From an uncultured bacterium (lineage in GTDB: Bacteria; Verrucomicrobiota; Kiritimatiellia; CAIKKV01; CALHGX01): 64,000 bases of DNA. This document shows positions 1-9,742 of this stretch, one piece after another. Below the pieces are notes generated by a model. It did not search any database, had not been told where the DNA came from, and worked only from the letters and a program-made list of their open reading frames with translations. The translations under genes were made by a program, and so were the position numbers. The DNA lies in contig CALHGX010000024.1 in the NCBI GenBank assembly GCA_938031185.1, forward strand, positions 13,187-77,186. Direction: 5' to 3'. How positions within the stretch are numbered: position 1 is the first letter of the stretch; every line of letters starts with the position of its first letter.

Positions 1-281
1 TCATGAAACACAATGACTTCGGTCCCGACTTGGATAACATCGCCGTCGCGGAGCGTCACGCTCGTGATGAGGTCGCCGTTCACCGCCGTGCCGTTGGAGC
101 TGCCGAGATCGGTCAACGTCCACCGACCCTGTTCCCATCGCAACTGGGCATGCCGCGACGAAACCTGGTCGTTGGGAATGAGAATGTCGCATCCTTTTTG
201 CCGCCCGATGGTCAAATCGCCGGGCGTCAGTTCGAGCATGCGTCCGATGAAGGTGCCTTTTTCAAACGCCAGATGGGCCAT
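1..281 (-). CDS. FHA domain-containing protein (3' end runs off the left window edge)
   Basis: Not in the supplied ORF track. Hand translation of the reverse strand from ATG at 281 gives MAHLAFEKGTFIGRMLELTPGDLTIGRQKGCDILIPNDQVSSRHAQLRWEQGRWTLTDLGSSNGTAVNGDLITSVTLRDGDVIQVGTEVIVFH with no stop. This carries the classic FHA signature (GR...SRxHA...GSxNGTxVNG). An SD-like gaaagga lies between the upstream stop (299) and the ATG. Confidence 0.7.
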   Translation of the reverse strand, partial: MAHLAFEKGTFIGRMLELTPGDLTIGRQKGCDILIPNDQVSSRHAQLRWEQGRWTLTDLGSSNGTAVNGDLITSVTLRDGDVIQVGTEVIVFH

Positions 282-298
282 GAAACGCCTGTCCTTTC

Positions 299-1033
299 CT
301 AGCGCAGCCGGATTGCGCCCAAGTCCTTGATGCTATCCACAACGCGAATGCCGCTCAACTGCGAATTGTAGTAGTGGCGGATCAGCCCCGTCGTCATGCC
401 CGGCGCCACTTCTTGCCGCACGAACTCCCGTGTGCGCAAAAGCTGCCATCCGGGGCCCACGTCCTCCAGCATCGCCAGCCGAATCGTACGAACCTGAATG
501 TCATGCCAGACTCTGGCGGCCTGATCCGTGATCGGCCGTGTGCGCACCCACTGCACCAAGGCCCGCGCCGAACCGGCCGTTCCAGTGACTCCCGCCAGCC
601 GATGCAAGGCGCGCAAATCGAAGAAAGGCTCGGACACGGTCAGGCGTTCACGGATGCTTCGCTCATCCTTTTCCGTAAGGTTGCTTTCGTCGCGGCATAA
701 CGTCAGTCCCTCATGGAATTCAGCCTCCAGGAGAATCAACAGGTCATACCGAGCCGAAGGCAACCCGCGGAACTCGAATTCGCGCCCGGACCGGATTTCC
801 GCCTTGTATACCGCGCGGGGGTTATCCGTCGGCATCGCAAACACCCCCAACACCGGCCCGACCGCGCCTTCCACATTCCCTCGGATGCCGCCGCCGGCGG
901 ACGGGTCCGGTTCAGTGTAAAGGAAGCTCGACTGAAGTGTGCCTGTATGGGGGGCTCGCTCCACGCCCCAAGCCGCGAACACAGCGGCAAGGCCGACGAT
1001 GCCACACAAAAATTTGCACGCAGATGATTTCAT
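299..1033 (-). CDS. hypothetical secreted protein
   Basis: ORF 299..1150. Start moved to ATG 1033 (MKSSACKFLCGIVGLAAVFAAWG, signal-peptide-like), just downstream of the upstream stop codon (1042..1044). No recognisable catalytic motif. Confidence 0.5.
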   Translation of the reverse strand: MKSSACKFLCGIVGLAAVFAAWGVERAPHTGTLQSSFLYTEPDPSAGGGIRGNVEGAVGPVLGVFAMPTDNPRAVYKAEIRSGREFEFRGLPSARYDLLILLEAEFHEGLTLCRDESNLTEKDERSIRERLTVSEPFFDLRALHRLAGVTGTAGSARALVQWVRTRPITDQAARVWHDIQVRTIRLAMLEDVGPGWQLLRTREFVRQEVAPGMTTGLIRHYYNSQLSGIRVVDSIKDLGAIRLR

Positions 1034-1041
1034 GTGACTAT

Positions 1042-3171
1042 TCAGAGGTAGCGTCGGGCTCGATCCGCTGCGGGCAGCGTTGGAAACCGGCGAATGACCT
1101 CCCGCGCCACTTCTTCCAGCTCCTGCCGCCGGTCCAGATTCCGCAGGCATTCCAGTTCCATCACCATCGCTTCAGGCAATTCGCTGGAAATCTCCACGCC
1201 TTTCCGATAGAGCTTCAGCACGTCCGCTGCCCTTCCATACGCGCCAATCGCCATGTAGAAATCCGCTTCCGCCAGCGGATAGTCTCCGCCCAGCTTGCTC
1301 AACGGCCGTTCCGTTTCCCACTGCCGGAACACCCTGCGCGCTTCCAGGTAACGACCCTGCTTCACCAGATTCTGCGCCGTCGAGCGGAACGCCGCCTCCC
1401 GGACCGCCCCCCCCTTCCACGCCTCGTTGACCGCGGGCAGCCCGGAGGCTGCCGCCGCGCGCGCTTGGAAGCGCTGCGCTTTCCGCCATTCCTCGAAGCG
1501 ATCCTGCGCCTGCGCATAGAGCGCGCGAGCCGCTTCCCGATTCCCCACATGCCGCTCCACGTCGCCGCGCCGCACCAGCGCCCGAATGCCTTGCATCGGG
1601 CCGCTGGCACGCGCCAAGAGCTCCGCTGCCGCTCGCGCGGCGGCATTGGTGTCCGGCGCATCCACCAAATAGTGCTCCACTCGCGCCAGCGTCCACTCGA
1701 AACGCCGATCACGGTCCCTCTCCTCGGACTCCAACCGATCAACCCATGCCGGCACATTACCCGGCTCGGCCAGTCGCAACGCCTCGTAGAAATAATCCTC
1801 CAATTCCCACCGCCATTCCGCTGGCTGTCCAAGCAGATCCGGACGCGATCGTTCGAATAGCTCCTTCAGAAGTCCCATGCCCTTGTAGGGGTCCTGCACG
1901 GCCACTGCCGTCGCCCACAAGTCGGGCGACCAATCGGCGCAGGGACGGTGCGGCGGCGGCACCGCTCGGCAACGCGCCAGCAAGGCCTCCCGGTAGTCGG
2001 CGCGATCCGACGGCGCGTTAACAGATGCAGCCTTCGGCGTTGTGGCCACGACCAGCGAGCCCGCGGCCACGGCCAGGTCCACCGCGCCTCGTCCCACACG
2101 CAGCACCACTTCCTGGGGCCCCTCCGTCGCAGAAATCCACATTAGTTCCTGGCCCGTGGCCCGAGCCACTCCCCCGCCCCATTGCCAGCGGTACTCGACA
2201 TCCGCAGGATGCCGTTCGGTCAACCAGGCCCGGAGCCGAAATAGATACACGGGATTCTCGTGAACCCACAGATACGACACACACTCCGCGCGGAAGGCAG
2301 CGAAAGGGCGTCCATCGCGTGTTTCCACCCCAATTACCCGCGCCTGTCCCGAATGCAGGAAATGCTCCGCTGGAATCGTTTCCGGCAACGGATTCGTTGA
2401 GCCGGGCAACCGCCAGCATAGGTTTGCTTCCTGCAGGCCGGTTTTGTCAAACCAAGCATATTCAACGCGATACACGCCGGCCGTCAGCGTTGCCATGCTG
2501 CCGAACTGCCCTTTGCCGCCCGCCTGACGGGTGTGTAATCCCGGCCAACTGGCAACGACCTTTCCATTGAGGCGGGCTTCAGACCCTTCATCTGAAACCG
2601 TGCAGAAATAGATGCGTCCAGAGACAGGCACACGAAGCCAACCGGAATACCATGCGGAGAAATCATCGTCAGGGCCCCATGGATTCTCCATATGACCCAC
2701 CTGCTTCACCAATCCCATCGCCGCCCGCTCACCCGGGGGATCGGAACGGCCAATTCGACCCGCCACATCCAATCCAGCCCCGCCCATTTGCGTGAAGAGC
2801 AACAAACTCGGCATGAATCGGCTTTTAGTTGCCGCACCCCCGGCTTGCGAACCGGGTTCAACATACAAGCGCACTTTGGCCCCGTTCGGCAGAGGCTCAA
2901 AAACAACGCCAAGTCCCTCCCGCCGATTGTGCCAGATTACCTCCGCGGTCAACGGCCGGCCGTCGCCAGTTTGGGCAAATACCCGCGCGTGAGGCGGCAA
3001 CTGCCCCCCGTCCGGCAAGAACGCCACCACACCGGCCGCCGCTTCCGATGGCTGCTCGTATACTTCGACGTCGAAGCGAACAGTGGCGCGGCCCGCAGGC
3101 CAGTCGTCCGCCGCCGCGAAACGGCCTGCGATGGCTGCAAGCCCCACCGCGAAGAAAAGGCACACCTTCAT
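1042..3171 (-). CDS. secreted protein with PA14-like beta-barrel segment and TPR-like C-terminal region
   Basis: ORF 1042..3321. Start moved to ATG 3171 (MKVCLFFAVGLAAIAGRFAAA signal peptide), which forms an ATGA overlap with the upstream stop at 3168. The segment FSAWYSGWLRVPVSGRIYFCTVSDEGSEARLNGKVV...YRVEYAWFDKTGLQEANLCW resembles PA14. The C-terminal third is helical-repeat-like. Confidence 0.55.
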   Translation of the reverse strand: MKVCLFFAVGLAAIAGRFAAADDWPAGRATVRFDVEVYEQPSEAAAGVVAFLPDGGQLPPHARVFAQTGDGRPLTAEVIWHNRREGLGVVFEPLPNGAKVRLYVEPGSQAGGAATKSRFMPSLLLFTQMGGAGLDVAGRIGRSDPPGERAAMGLVKQVGHMENPWGPDDDFSAWYSGWLRVPVSGRIYFCTVSDEGSEARLNGKVVASWPGLHTRQAGGKGQFGSMATLTAGVYRVEYAWFDKTGLQEANLCWRLPGSTNPLPETIPAEHFLHSGQARVIGVETRDGRPFAAFRAECVSYLWVHENPVYLFRLRAWLTERHPADVEYRWQWGGGVARATGQELMWISATEGPQEVVLRVGRGAVDLAVAAGSLVVATTPKAASVNAPSDRADYREALLARCRAVPPPHRPCADWSPDLWATAVAVQDPYKGMGLLKELFERSRPDLLGQPAEWRWELEDYFYEALRLAEPGNVPAWVDRLESEERDRDRRFEWTLARVEHYLVDAPDTNAAARAAAELLARASGPMQGIRALVRRGDVERHVGNREAARALYAQAQDRFEEWRKAQRFQARAAAASGLPAVNEAWKGGAVREAAFRSTAQNLVKQGRYLEARRVFRQWETERPLSKLGGDYPLAEADFYMAIGAYGRAADVLKLYRKGVEISSELPEAMVMELECLRNLDRRQELEEVAREVIRRFPTLPAADRARRYL

Positions 3172-6100
3172 GGCGCCTCCTCGCTCAATGCCTTGAAATA
3201 CTTCGATACCAGTTCGCGGTATTCCGGCGGAGCCTCTTCGGCGGCGGATGCCGTCTGCTCGTCGCCCAAGTCCGTCCGGCCGGCGCCGCCAGACCAATCG
3301 GTCAGGTAGGCGCCGGTCCACTGCGACCGTGTTTGGACTAGCGCCGCAGCGGCCCGACGCTGAAACTCCCGGACCTGCGAAATCGGCAGCCCCTTGGCCG
3401 CCGCTTCCTCCGCCAGCCGCAGATTACGCACCGCCTCGTCCAGCGCGCCCGTCTGTACCCGCATCAATGAAGCCTTGCCATAAACGGCCTCCGTATCGCG
3501 CCGCAACATGGCTTCGAGGGTTTCCACCGAGCCCTGCCCCCCCATGGCATCACGCCGGGGCCCGGTGGTTCCGGACATCCCCTTGTCGTCGCCATATCCC
3601 GATTGCTTTCCGCCGCCCGTCGCGACCGCCTTGGAATGATCTTCCTCCTGCACCTGACCGCTTTGCGAGCCGTCCTGCGTGCGCCGGCGCTCGATATTCG
3701 GATCGCCCTCGTTGATCTTCCCAGAGCCGGCGACGGTTTCGCCGTTAGCCATGCCCTGCCGCCCGATGTTCGAACGGCCGTCCTGCTCCTTGTGTTCAGG
3801 CGCTTCATTGCCCGATTTACCCTTGGCCGAATAATTGTTCCACTCCCCTTCCATCGTGCCCCAACCGGCCGGCAGATCAGCGCTCCCCTGATTGGAAGCG
3901 GAATCATCCGCCTGCTCTTTCTGTTCCTCATTCTGCTTCAACAGGTCGCTGATGACGTCTTCCATCTCGGTCAGAAGCGGCACCACCGTTATGTTGGGAA
4001 TTTCCTCAATATCAAAGGCCTCCATGTTTCTCTTGACGGCATCCGGTGCGGGGGCGAGCCACATTTCGCTGTCATCAAGCCGCTTGGCCGGGGTTCTGAG
4101 CAGCTCCAGAATCTCGTCTTCCTTTTGCAGCCCCAGCTCTGTGATGGCGCCCTCTTCGGAGCCCTCAATCTGCTTCATCTCTTCGTACACCTGATAGCAG
4201 TCCTGCACGAGATCGTTTCCGATCGGCGCCTCTGGAAACACCTGCAGATCCGTGGCGACCTGCAGCAGCGCATCCTGCAAACCCAGTTTCAGCTGAGCGA
4301 TCTCTTCCTCCAGCTCGTCCGTTTCTTTGTCGGACCGGTCCTTCTGCTCCAGCGCGTTGCGAATCGCCTCGACGACGTCCGACTGCAGTTCGATCATCTT
4401 GGCGAAGCGGTCTTTCACCTCGCGAAACGTTTCCAGCATGTCGGCCGCCTCTTTTTCCGCCTGGGCGGCGCGCCACGCATTCAATATGCCCTGTGCCGCC
4501 CGCAACCCGTTCAAGGCCTGTTCCTGCAGCGGCGCCGCCTGGCGGCTGGCCCGTTTCTCGATTTCCTCCGCCGCTGCGGTCATCACCGCAGCCACGCGGC
4601 CCGTTTCGCACAGGGTCGCCGCCAGTTCGGCCGCTTGCGCGAATGGCGGGTCGTTGGCACGATTCGCCTCCGCCTCCTTGCGGGCGGCCCGCACAAACAA
4701 GGTGGTGTCTTCCGACAGCCGATCCTGCCGCTGCGGCAGAGCCTTGGGCGGCTCCGCGCCATCCGGCAAGGCGCGCGTTTCCTTCCACACCGCATGCTGA
4801 CCCGCGATCAGAGCATCCAGCATGGCCAGCAATCCCGACACTTCGGCGTGCTGCTGTACGCGCTCTGCCGCCTCGCCGGCATAAGTCAACTGTCGCAAGA
4901 TGGATTCCTGCAGTGCGATGGCCCGCCCTCCAAGCGATGTCCGCTCACCAACGTCCGCTTCCGCCGCCCGCCGCAGCACCTGAACAACGTCCGCCATGGC
5001 GCCTTCGTGGAGCGCACGCAACAGACCGGCCAATGCGCCAAGCGCCTGCCGGCCCTGCAACAACTCGCCGCCCATCCGCCGGATTTGCTCCTGAACGTCG
5101 GCGGCCTTCGTCCATTGATCAGGCCGGGATTTTTCGATCGCCGCCTGAAGGCCCTTCGTGTCCGCCAGATTGCGGCGTTGCATTTCAATCAGGCGGGCCA
5201 GCGATGAAGCGGCATCCGCTGCCTGAGCTCGTTGCGCGGCCGCGCGCTCGTCTGACGCCGCCGTCACGAAGCCCACCGCGGCTGACCGCGAGATGTTCGG
5301 CGGCCCGGGCTCGCGGGTATCTTCAGCCACCACCCGATACCAGTTCGTCACGCCAAAATCGAAATCGGCCATTGCGGCCGTCCAGTTGCTGGCCCACGCC
5401 GCCGCGCCCGAATCGAAGGTCCAGGCCTGCACTACCGCCCCGGCGGATGCGCCGCTGCCCTCGGCGGGAATCCTTTCCACCAGGACGCGGGCGAGACCGT
5501 AGTCGTCGCTCGCCTCCCACTCCAAGCGCGGCTGGCCCCCCGCCGGCAACGCCACGACGCCAACCGGCGCGACAATCCGAACGGTCGGAGGCCGATCCGG
5601 CTCCCGTTGCAGGCGGATTTCCGTCCGGGTTTCCCGGCTGTGCCGGTCCAGCGCCGAAATTTGGAGGGTTCCACCCACCGGCGGGGCTAGTCGCGCGCGC
5701 CAGACCGGCCCATCCGCCTCAAACCGCACCGCCGGTTCTCTTCCGTCCGTCACCTGCGCCGACTCGAGCGGCAGAACCGCTTCTATCTCCAATTCGACGG
5801 TTGAGCCGTCCGGGACGGAAGGCAATTCCTTCAGGCCGTCAAAAACCCGTTCCGTCAACCAGGTGTAGGCCGGTGGTTTCACCCTCACCCGCGCCGCCGT
5901 CAGGGCCAGCGGAGGCAGCGCCTCGAGCCGATAGCGCTCGGAACGGGCATCACCTACCCGAAAACGATATCTGAGATCGCTTGTCACCCGCGGCATCTCA
6001 TAGGCAAACAATTCCTCGCCCCTTCCTTCAAGGCGCCCAAGATCCAAAGTGGCGCTCCGGTCGTTTTCTGGCCACAAATCCAGAAAAACCCGCTGACCTC

Positions 6101-6740
6101 GCAACCCGTGCGCACGACACTCCATCCGCACCGGGTGCCCCTGCTCCACCGCTGCATGGCCGGGGGAAACAGCGACTAGCCGGGCCAGCGTGACAGGCGC
6201 CCTCTTCGAAAACGGATTGATCACGCGCGCCAGACTGTTGGTCCATGTGGCGCCAGCCCACGCCCACGGCGCGATCAACAACAACACCGCCAGCGCCGCC
6301 GCGAGCGCGGCCTTCGTGTCCTCCCGCCAGCTTCTCAGGGCGTCCACGCGAACGGCGCTCCAGCCCGGCACACCGCGCGCCAGATACACCCGCTCAAACG
6401 GCGAGGGCGCCGGGCGTAGGCCGAAAAGCACGAAGTTGATCAGCCCGTTGTCAAGCGCCGGGAAAGCGCGCTCGACCCGCGCCGCCACCGCAGGCGGCGG
6501 AAGCAGACGGCGCCATTTGCGCCCGCTGTCCCACAACGCGACACCCGCCGTCGCCAACAGCAGCGCAGCCGCAGCCATGCGGCCCGGCTGCTCGAAACGC
6601 AGCACGAGGTCCCCCAGCCCCAGCGCCCACAGCAGCCCCAGCCAGCCCCCCGTCCACCATGCGGCGCGCCGGGCGGCCTCCCATCGAACGAGCCGTCGTC
6701 CGATGTGCTGCAACTGCTTGATCAATTCCTCAAAGGGCAC
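3168..6740 (-). CDS. large membrane-anchored coiled-coil protein, DUF4175-like
   Basis: 1190-aa ORF with two N-terminal hydrophobic helices (WWTGGWLGLLWALGLGDLVL, AAAALLLATAGVALW), a long Ala/Glu/Arg-rich helical centre and an acidic Gly-rich tail. The architecture and the position after a BatA-type VWA gene resemble DUF4175-type proteins (recognition only). Confidence 0.5.
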   Translation of the reverse strand: MPFEELIKQLQHIGRRLVRWEAARRAAWWTGGWLGLLWALGLGDLVLRFEQPGRMAAAALLLATAGVALWDSGRKWRRLLPPPAVAARVERAFPALDNGLINFVLFGLRPAPSPFERVYLARGVPGWSAVRVDALRSWREDTKAALAAALAVLLLIAPWAWAGATWTNSLARVINPFSKRAPVTLARLVAVSPGHAAVEQGHPVRMECRAHGLRGQRVFLDLWPENDRSATLDLGRLEGRGEELFAYEMPRVTSDLRYRFRVGDARSERYRLEALPPLALTAARVRVKPPAYTWLTERVFDGLKELPSVPDGSTVELEIEAVLPLESAQVTDGREPAVRFEADGPVWRARLAPPVGGTLQISALDRHSRETRTEIRLQREPDRPPTVRIVAPVGVVALPAGGQPRLEWEASDDYGLARVLVERIPAEGSGASAGAVVQAWTFDSGAAAWASNWTAAMADFDFGVTNWYRVVAEDTREPGPPNISRSAAVGFVTAASDERAAAQRAQAADAASSLARLIEMQRRNLADTKGLQAAIEKSRPDQWTKAADVQEQIRRMGGELLQGRQALGALAGLLRALHEGAMADVVQVLRRAAEADVGERTSLGGRAIALQESILRQLTYAGEAAERVQQHAEVSGLLAMLDALIAGQHAVWKETRALPDGAEPPKALPQRQDRLSEDTTLFVRAARKEAEANRANDPPFAQAAELAATLCETGRVAAVMTAAAEEIEKRASRQAAPLQEQALNGLRAAQGILNAWRAAQAEKEAADMLETFREVKDRFAKMIELQSDVVEAIRNALEQKDRSDKETDELEEEIAQLKLGLQDALLQVATDLQVFPEAPIGNDLVQDCYQVYEEMKQIEGSEEGAITELGLQKEDEILELLRTPAKRLDDSEMWLAPAPDAVKRNMEAFDIEEIPNITVVPLLTEMEDVISDLLKQNEEQKEQADDSASNQGSADLPAGWGTMEGEWNNYSAKGKSGNEAPEHKEQDGRSNIGRQGMANGETVAGSGKINEGDPNIERRRTQDGSQSGQVQEEDHSKAVATGGGKQSGYGDDKGMSGTTGPRRDAMGGQGSVETLEAMLRRDTEAVYGKASLMRVQTGALDEAVRNLRLAEEAAAKGLPISQVREFQRRAAAALVQTRSQWTGAYLTDWSGGAGRTDLGDEQTASAAEEAPPEYRELVSKYFKALSEEAP

Positions 6741-6752
6741 GGCGCGCTCCGG

Positions 6753-7430
6753 TCAATTGATCGTCTCCAAACGCACATCATCCACATATAGCGTGCCGGC
6801 GTCGCGGCCGATGGCCACGATATGCACCACCAGGAAACGCACTTCCTTGAGGAACTTCTGGGCCATCGGGGTCAACTGGGCGGACGGAAAGACATCTTCT
6901 CCTTTTCGCCAATCCGCGCCGCGTGGCACCCCGCCAAGCTCGCCTTCCTTTTTTGCACCGAAGTAGAGCTGGCTGAAGCGGTAAACCTTGCGCAGTTCAT
7001 GCAGCGCGGGTTTCTCGTGCGGTTTGATGCCAGGTTTCCATTTGTATCCCTCGATCAGAATGCGGCAATCAGGCCCCTCGGAGCGGGCCCACGCCGAAAA
7101 ACGGTAGCGCTTGGTGGGATCGAAAGGAATTGGATCGCTGTCCACCTTGGATCCCTGGCCGGGGAAGTCGGCCATCATGGCAAACGTGCCGGAAAGAGTC
7201 AGGACGCCTTTGCGCCCGGCATGGGACTCCAACACTTTGATAAAGGTGTGATTTTCAAAATACAGGCTTTCGCCCGGCAGATCGTACTTGAACTTCCACC
7301 CCTTCAGGGGATCGTCCGGATCGTCAAAACTTCCGTTGACGATCAGATTCTGCGAAAAAGCCGCTGCGGTCCACGTCAGACACGCGCCGACGATCAGTGC
7401 CACGCCGTATTTTCCCGGTCTGATGTTCAC
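6753..7430 (-). CDS. secreted protein with carbohydrate-binding-module-like (CBM4/9-type) fold
   Basis: ORF 6753..7550. Start moved to GTG 7430 (VNIRPGKYGVALIVGACLTWTAAAFS signal peptide), preceded by gagggagg. The longer start would overlap the upstream gene. The mature N-terminus NLIVNGSFDDPDDPLKGW is typical of CBM4/9-like beta-sandwiches. Confidence 0.5.
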   Translation of the reverse strand: MNIRPGKYGVALIVGACLTWTAAAFSQNLIVNGSFDDPDDPLKGWKFKYDLPGESLYFENHTFIKVLESHAGRKGVLTLSGTFAMMADFPGQGSKVDSDPIPFDPTKRYRFSAWARSEGPDCRILIEGYKWKPGIKPHEKPALHELRKVYRFSQLYFGAKKEGELGGVPRGADWRKGEDVFPSAQLTPMAQKFLKEVRFLVVHIVAIGRDAGTLYVDDVRLETIN

Positions 7431-7485
7431 GCGCAGGGCCTCCCTCGGTTGTTTCGCCGCTCGCGGGAAAGGACCCGCCTTCCGC

Positions 7486-9690
7486 TCACGGCAGATTCTG
7501 TTTTCGACGTGCCAGCCATTCAAGGCTGGCCAGTCCCACCAGGGTAACAAAAACGGCCCAAAGATTCCATCTCGTTGCGAACACGGACCGCTCCTCTTCC
7601 CGGGTCTCGGCCTTGAGCCCGACCAGCGCCGCCCGCAGCTCGCCCGCTTCGCAGAACCGCCCGCCGGAAGACCTCGACAGTATCCTCAATATCTCCACGT
7701 TCGCCGGACGCGGGTTGGACTCCGGCGTGTACGCCTTGACAAAGAAGGCATAGGGCGCCGATTCGACCGTCGTCGCTTCCGCGGCGACGCGCGCTACGGC
7801 CTGATGCAATCCGGGCTCCTGCGGCACATACTCCGCTCCATAGCCCGCAAACGCGGCCCCGGACTCCGTGACGACGTCGCGCGCGATCATGGTCAGCGGA
7901 ATACGGCGTCCGCCCGGCGTTTCGATCTCGCAGATCACGGCCGCGCCGTCCGGCAAGGGGTCTCGGCCCGTGGAACGGGCGCTCAATCGGATGCGCTCGC
8001 CGAGAAACAGTTGATCCGTATCCGCGAAGAGGTCCATCGCATGGCCGACGGTTTCCTGTTCGGCCGGCAGCAACCATTCGAGCATCTGATTCCAAAAGAG
8101 CGGATAAGCTTTTTCCGTGCCAGCGTCCATCTGCCAGCGCCAGAGGGAATCAGTGAGAACGGAGACCACCCTGCCCTGCCCATACCGCTGCACGGTCACC
8201 AACGGCTCGTCCACGCCTGCAGCCGATCGCGCCGTCAAAAGGACGCTGGCTCCACCGGCAGGCCGGCCGCCGGGAAACACGGAAAGAACCGGTGGAATGC
8301 GGTCCCACGCGTCACGAGCCGAAGCGAACGCCGCATGGCTGCGGCCCTCCTCGGTCAAGGCGAGTGAAAACCGGCTTTCTTCCGCAGGACGGGTCCAATC
8401 CCTTGTCACGGGCAGCAGGCTTCGCAGCGGCGTGGCTGCAAAACCGCCTTCGCCCCACGCCCTCGAGCCGCCCAGCAAGATCAGGCTGCCGCCGTTTTCC
8501 ACGAAACGGCGCAGCTCTTCCGCCCGGGATTCGGTCATGGTCTCGGCATCCAGGTCGCCCACGATGATGATCTTGAAACGCGCTAGCTGCTCCGCCGTCA
8601 ATTCCAAGGTCATCTCCTCGCGCTCTCCGATGACCATGAACCGGCCGCCGGGCCCGCGAATGAAACTCAACGCCGAGATGTTGGGGTTCGCTTTCAGCGC
8701 CCGGGTGAGATACTTCGATTCCCAACGCGGCACATCTTCGAGATACAGCAGGCGGTTGCGCGCATCCACCACCTGCACAGAGACCACGATCGCGTTGTCA
8801 TTCGTCCGCGTCTCGCCGGTCAGCGGCAGCGCCCGCACCAAATACTCGAACTGCCCCACGGCCGGGTGTTCCAGCGGAAAGGACACTTCCCTCGATCCGC
8901 CTTCGGGCGGCACTTGCGTTGGCCGTTCATCCAGCAGCCGCCCATCCTTGAACAGTTGCACCTGGATGAGCTGTCCGCCCGTGCCTTGCCCCGACACCAC
9001 CGCGTTGAGGCGGGTGTCCCAGCCCACCACGACGCGGCGTGGGGTGTTGACCGATTCCACGCGCAGATCCGGCTCGACCTCCCATCCGTCGGCCGGCTCC
9101 AGCCGCACCGTGAAGATCGGGCACGGCCAGGAGGCTGAGGCCCATTCGCTGCCGGATTCCCGCGTGTCGTTGCCGTCGCTGAGCAGCAACAGCCCCACAA
9201 GGTTCTGGCCGCGATAGCGCTCGCTCAACCGTCGGAGGGTTGTTCGCAGGCCCGTCGCCGTGCCGACCGGCTCGGCTCGCAGCACCTCGCTGAGGGGCAC
9301 TCGAGCGCCGGGTTCCGCGTCGAAGAGGTAATAATCCACGCGGCACTCGGCCGGCAACGCGGTTTCCCACCCCGATGCAAGCACTTGAAGCGCCTCGCCC
9401 CAACGATTCGTTGAGGCCCCTCGGGGCGCCAGCGCCATGCTGGCCGATTGGTCCACCGCCACCACAAACCGCGGCAGCACCGGCTCGACGCGCGTCTCCT
9501 TGCGGACCGGCTGCAGCAAACACCAGCCCAGCACGAGGAGAAACAGCAAACGAACAAACACCAGCAAGCCGCTACGTCCGCTCGTGCCCAGATAGAGCCA
9601 TGCGGTGGCGACGGCTGCCGCGGCGGCGAAGAGCAAAGCCGCCGCAATCGCCCACCACGGCGCGGCATGTTCAAAAAGGATTTCGCCCAT
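7486..9690 (-). CDS. BatA-type N-terminal double-TM / von Willebrand A domain protein
   Basis: 734-aa ORF. The N-terminus FEHAAPWWAIAAALLFAAAAAVATAWLYLG plus a second TM helix matches the aerotolerance-regulator N-terminal domain. VVAVDQSASMA is a MIDAS DxSxS motif. A later FKIIIVGDLDAE...GGSLILLGG segment looks amidotransferase-like. Confidence 0.75.
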   Translation of the reverse strand: MGEILFEHAAPWWAIAAALLFAAAAAVATAWLYLGTSGRSGLLVFVRLLFLLVLGWCLLQPVRKETRVEPVLPRFVVAVDQSASMALAPRGASTNRWGEALQVLASGWETALPAECRVDYYLFDAEPGARVPLSEVLRAEPVGTATGLRTTLRRLSERYRGQNLVGLLLLSDGNDTRESGSEWASASWPCPIFTVRLEPADGWEVEPDLRVESVNTPRRVVVGWDTRLNAVVSGQGTGGQLIQVQLFKDGRLLDERPTQVPPEGGSREVSFPLEHPAVGQFEYLVRALPLTGETRTNDNAIVVSVQVVDARNRLLYLEDVPRWESKYLTRALKANPNISALSFIRGPGGRFMVIGEREEMTLELTAEQLARFKIIIVGDLDAETMTESRAEELRRFVENGGSLILLGGSRAWGEGGFAATPLRSLLPVTRDWTRPAEESRFSLALTEEGRSHAAFASARDAWDRIPPVLSVFPGGRPAGGASVLLTARSAAGVDEPLVTVQRYGQGRVVSVLTDSLWRWQMDAGTEKAYPLFWNQMLEWLLPAEQETVGHAMDLFADTDQLFLGERIRLSARSTGRDPLPDGAAVICEIETPGGRRIPLTMIARDVVTESGAAFAGYGAEYVPQEPGLHQAVARVAAEATTVESAPYAFFVKAYTPESNPRPANVEILRILSRSSGGRFCEAGELRAALVGLKAETREEERSVFATRWNLWAVFVTLVGLASLEWLARRKQNLP

Positions 9691-9742
9691 GGGCTCTTCT
9701 ATCCCCTTGCACCGAATGGCGCACTACCCGGGTGCCGGTCCA

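Noticed and set aside
3603-5974. Long plus-strand ORFs (3603..5207, 534 aa, and 4493..5974, 493 aa) antisense to the DUF4175-like gene.
   Set aside because: These are typical high-GC shadow frames. They are Arg/Pro/Ala/Gly-rich low-complexity translations with no motifs. They are fully nested in a 1190-aa ORF that has membrane and coiled-coil features and operon context.
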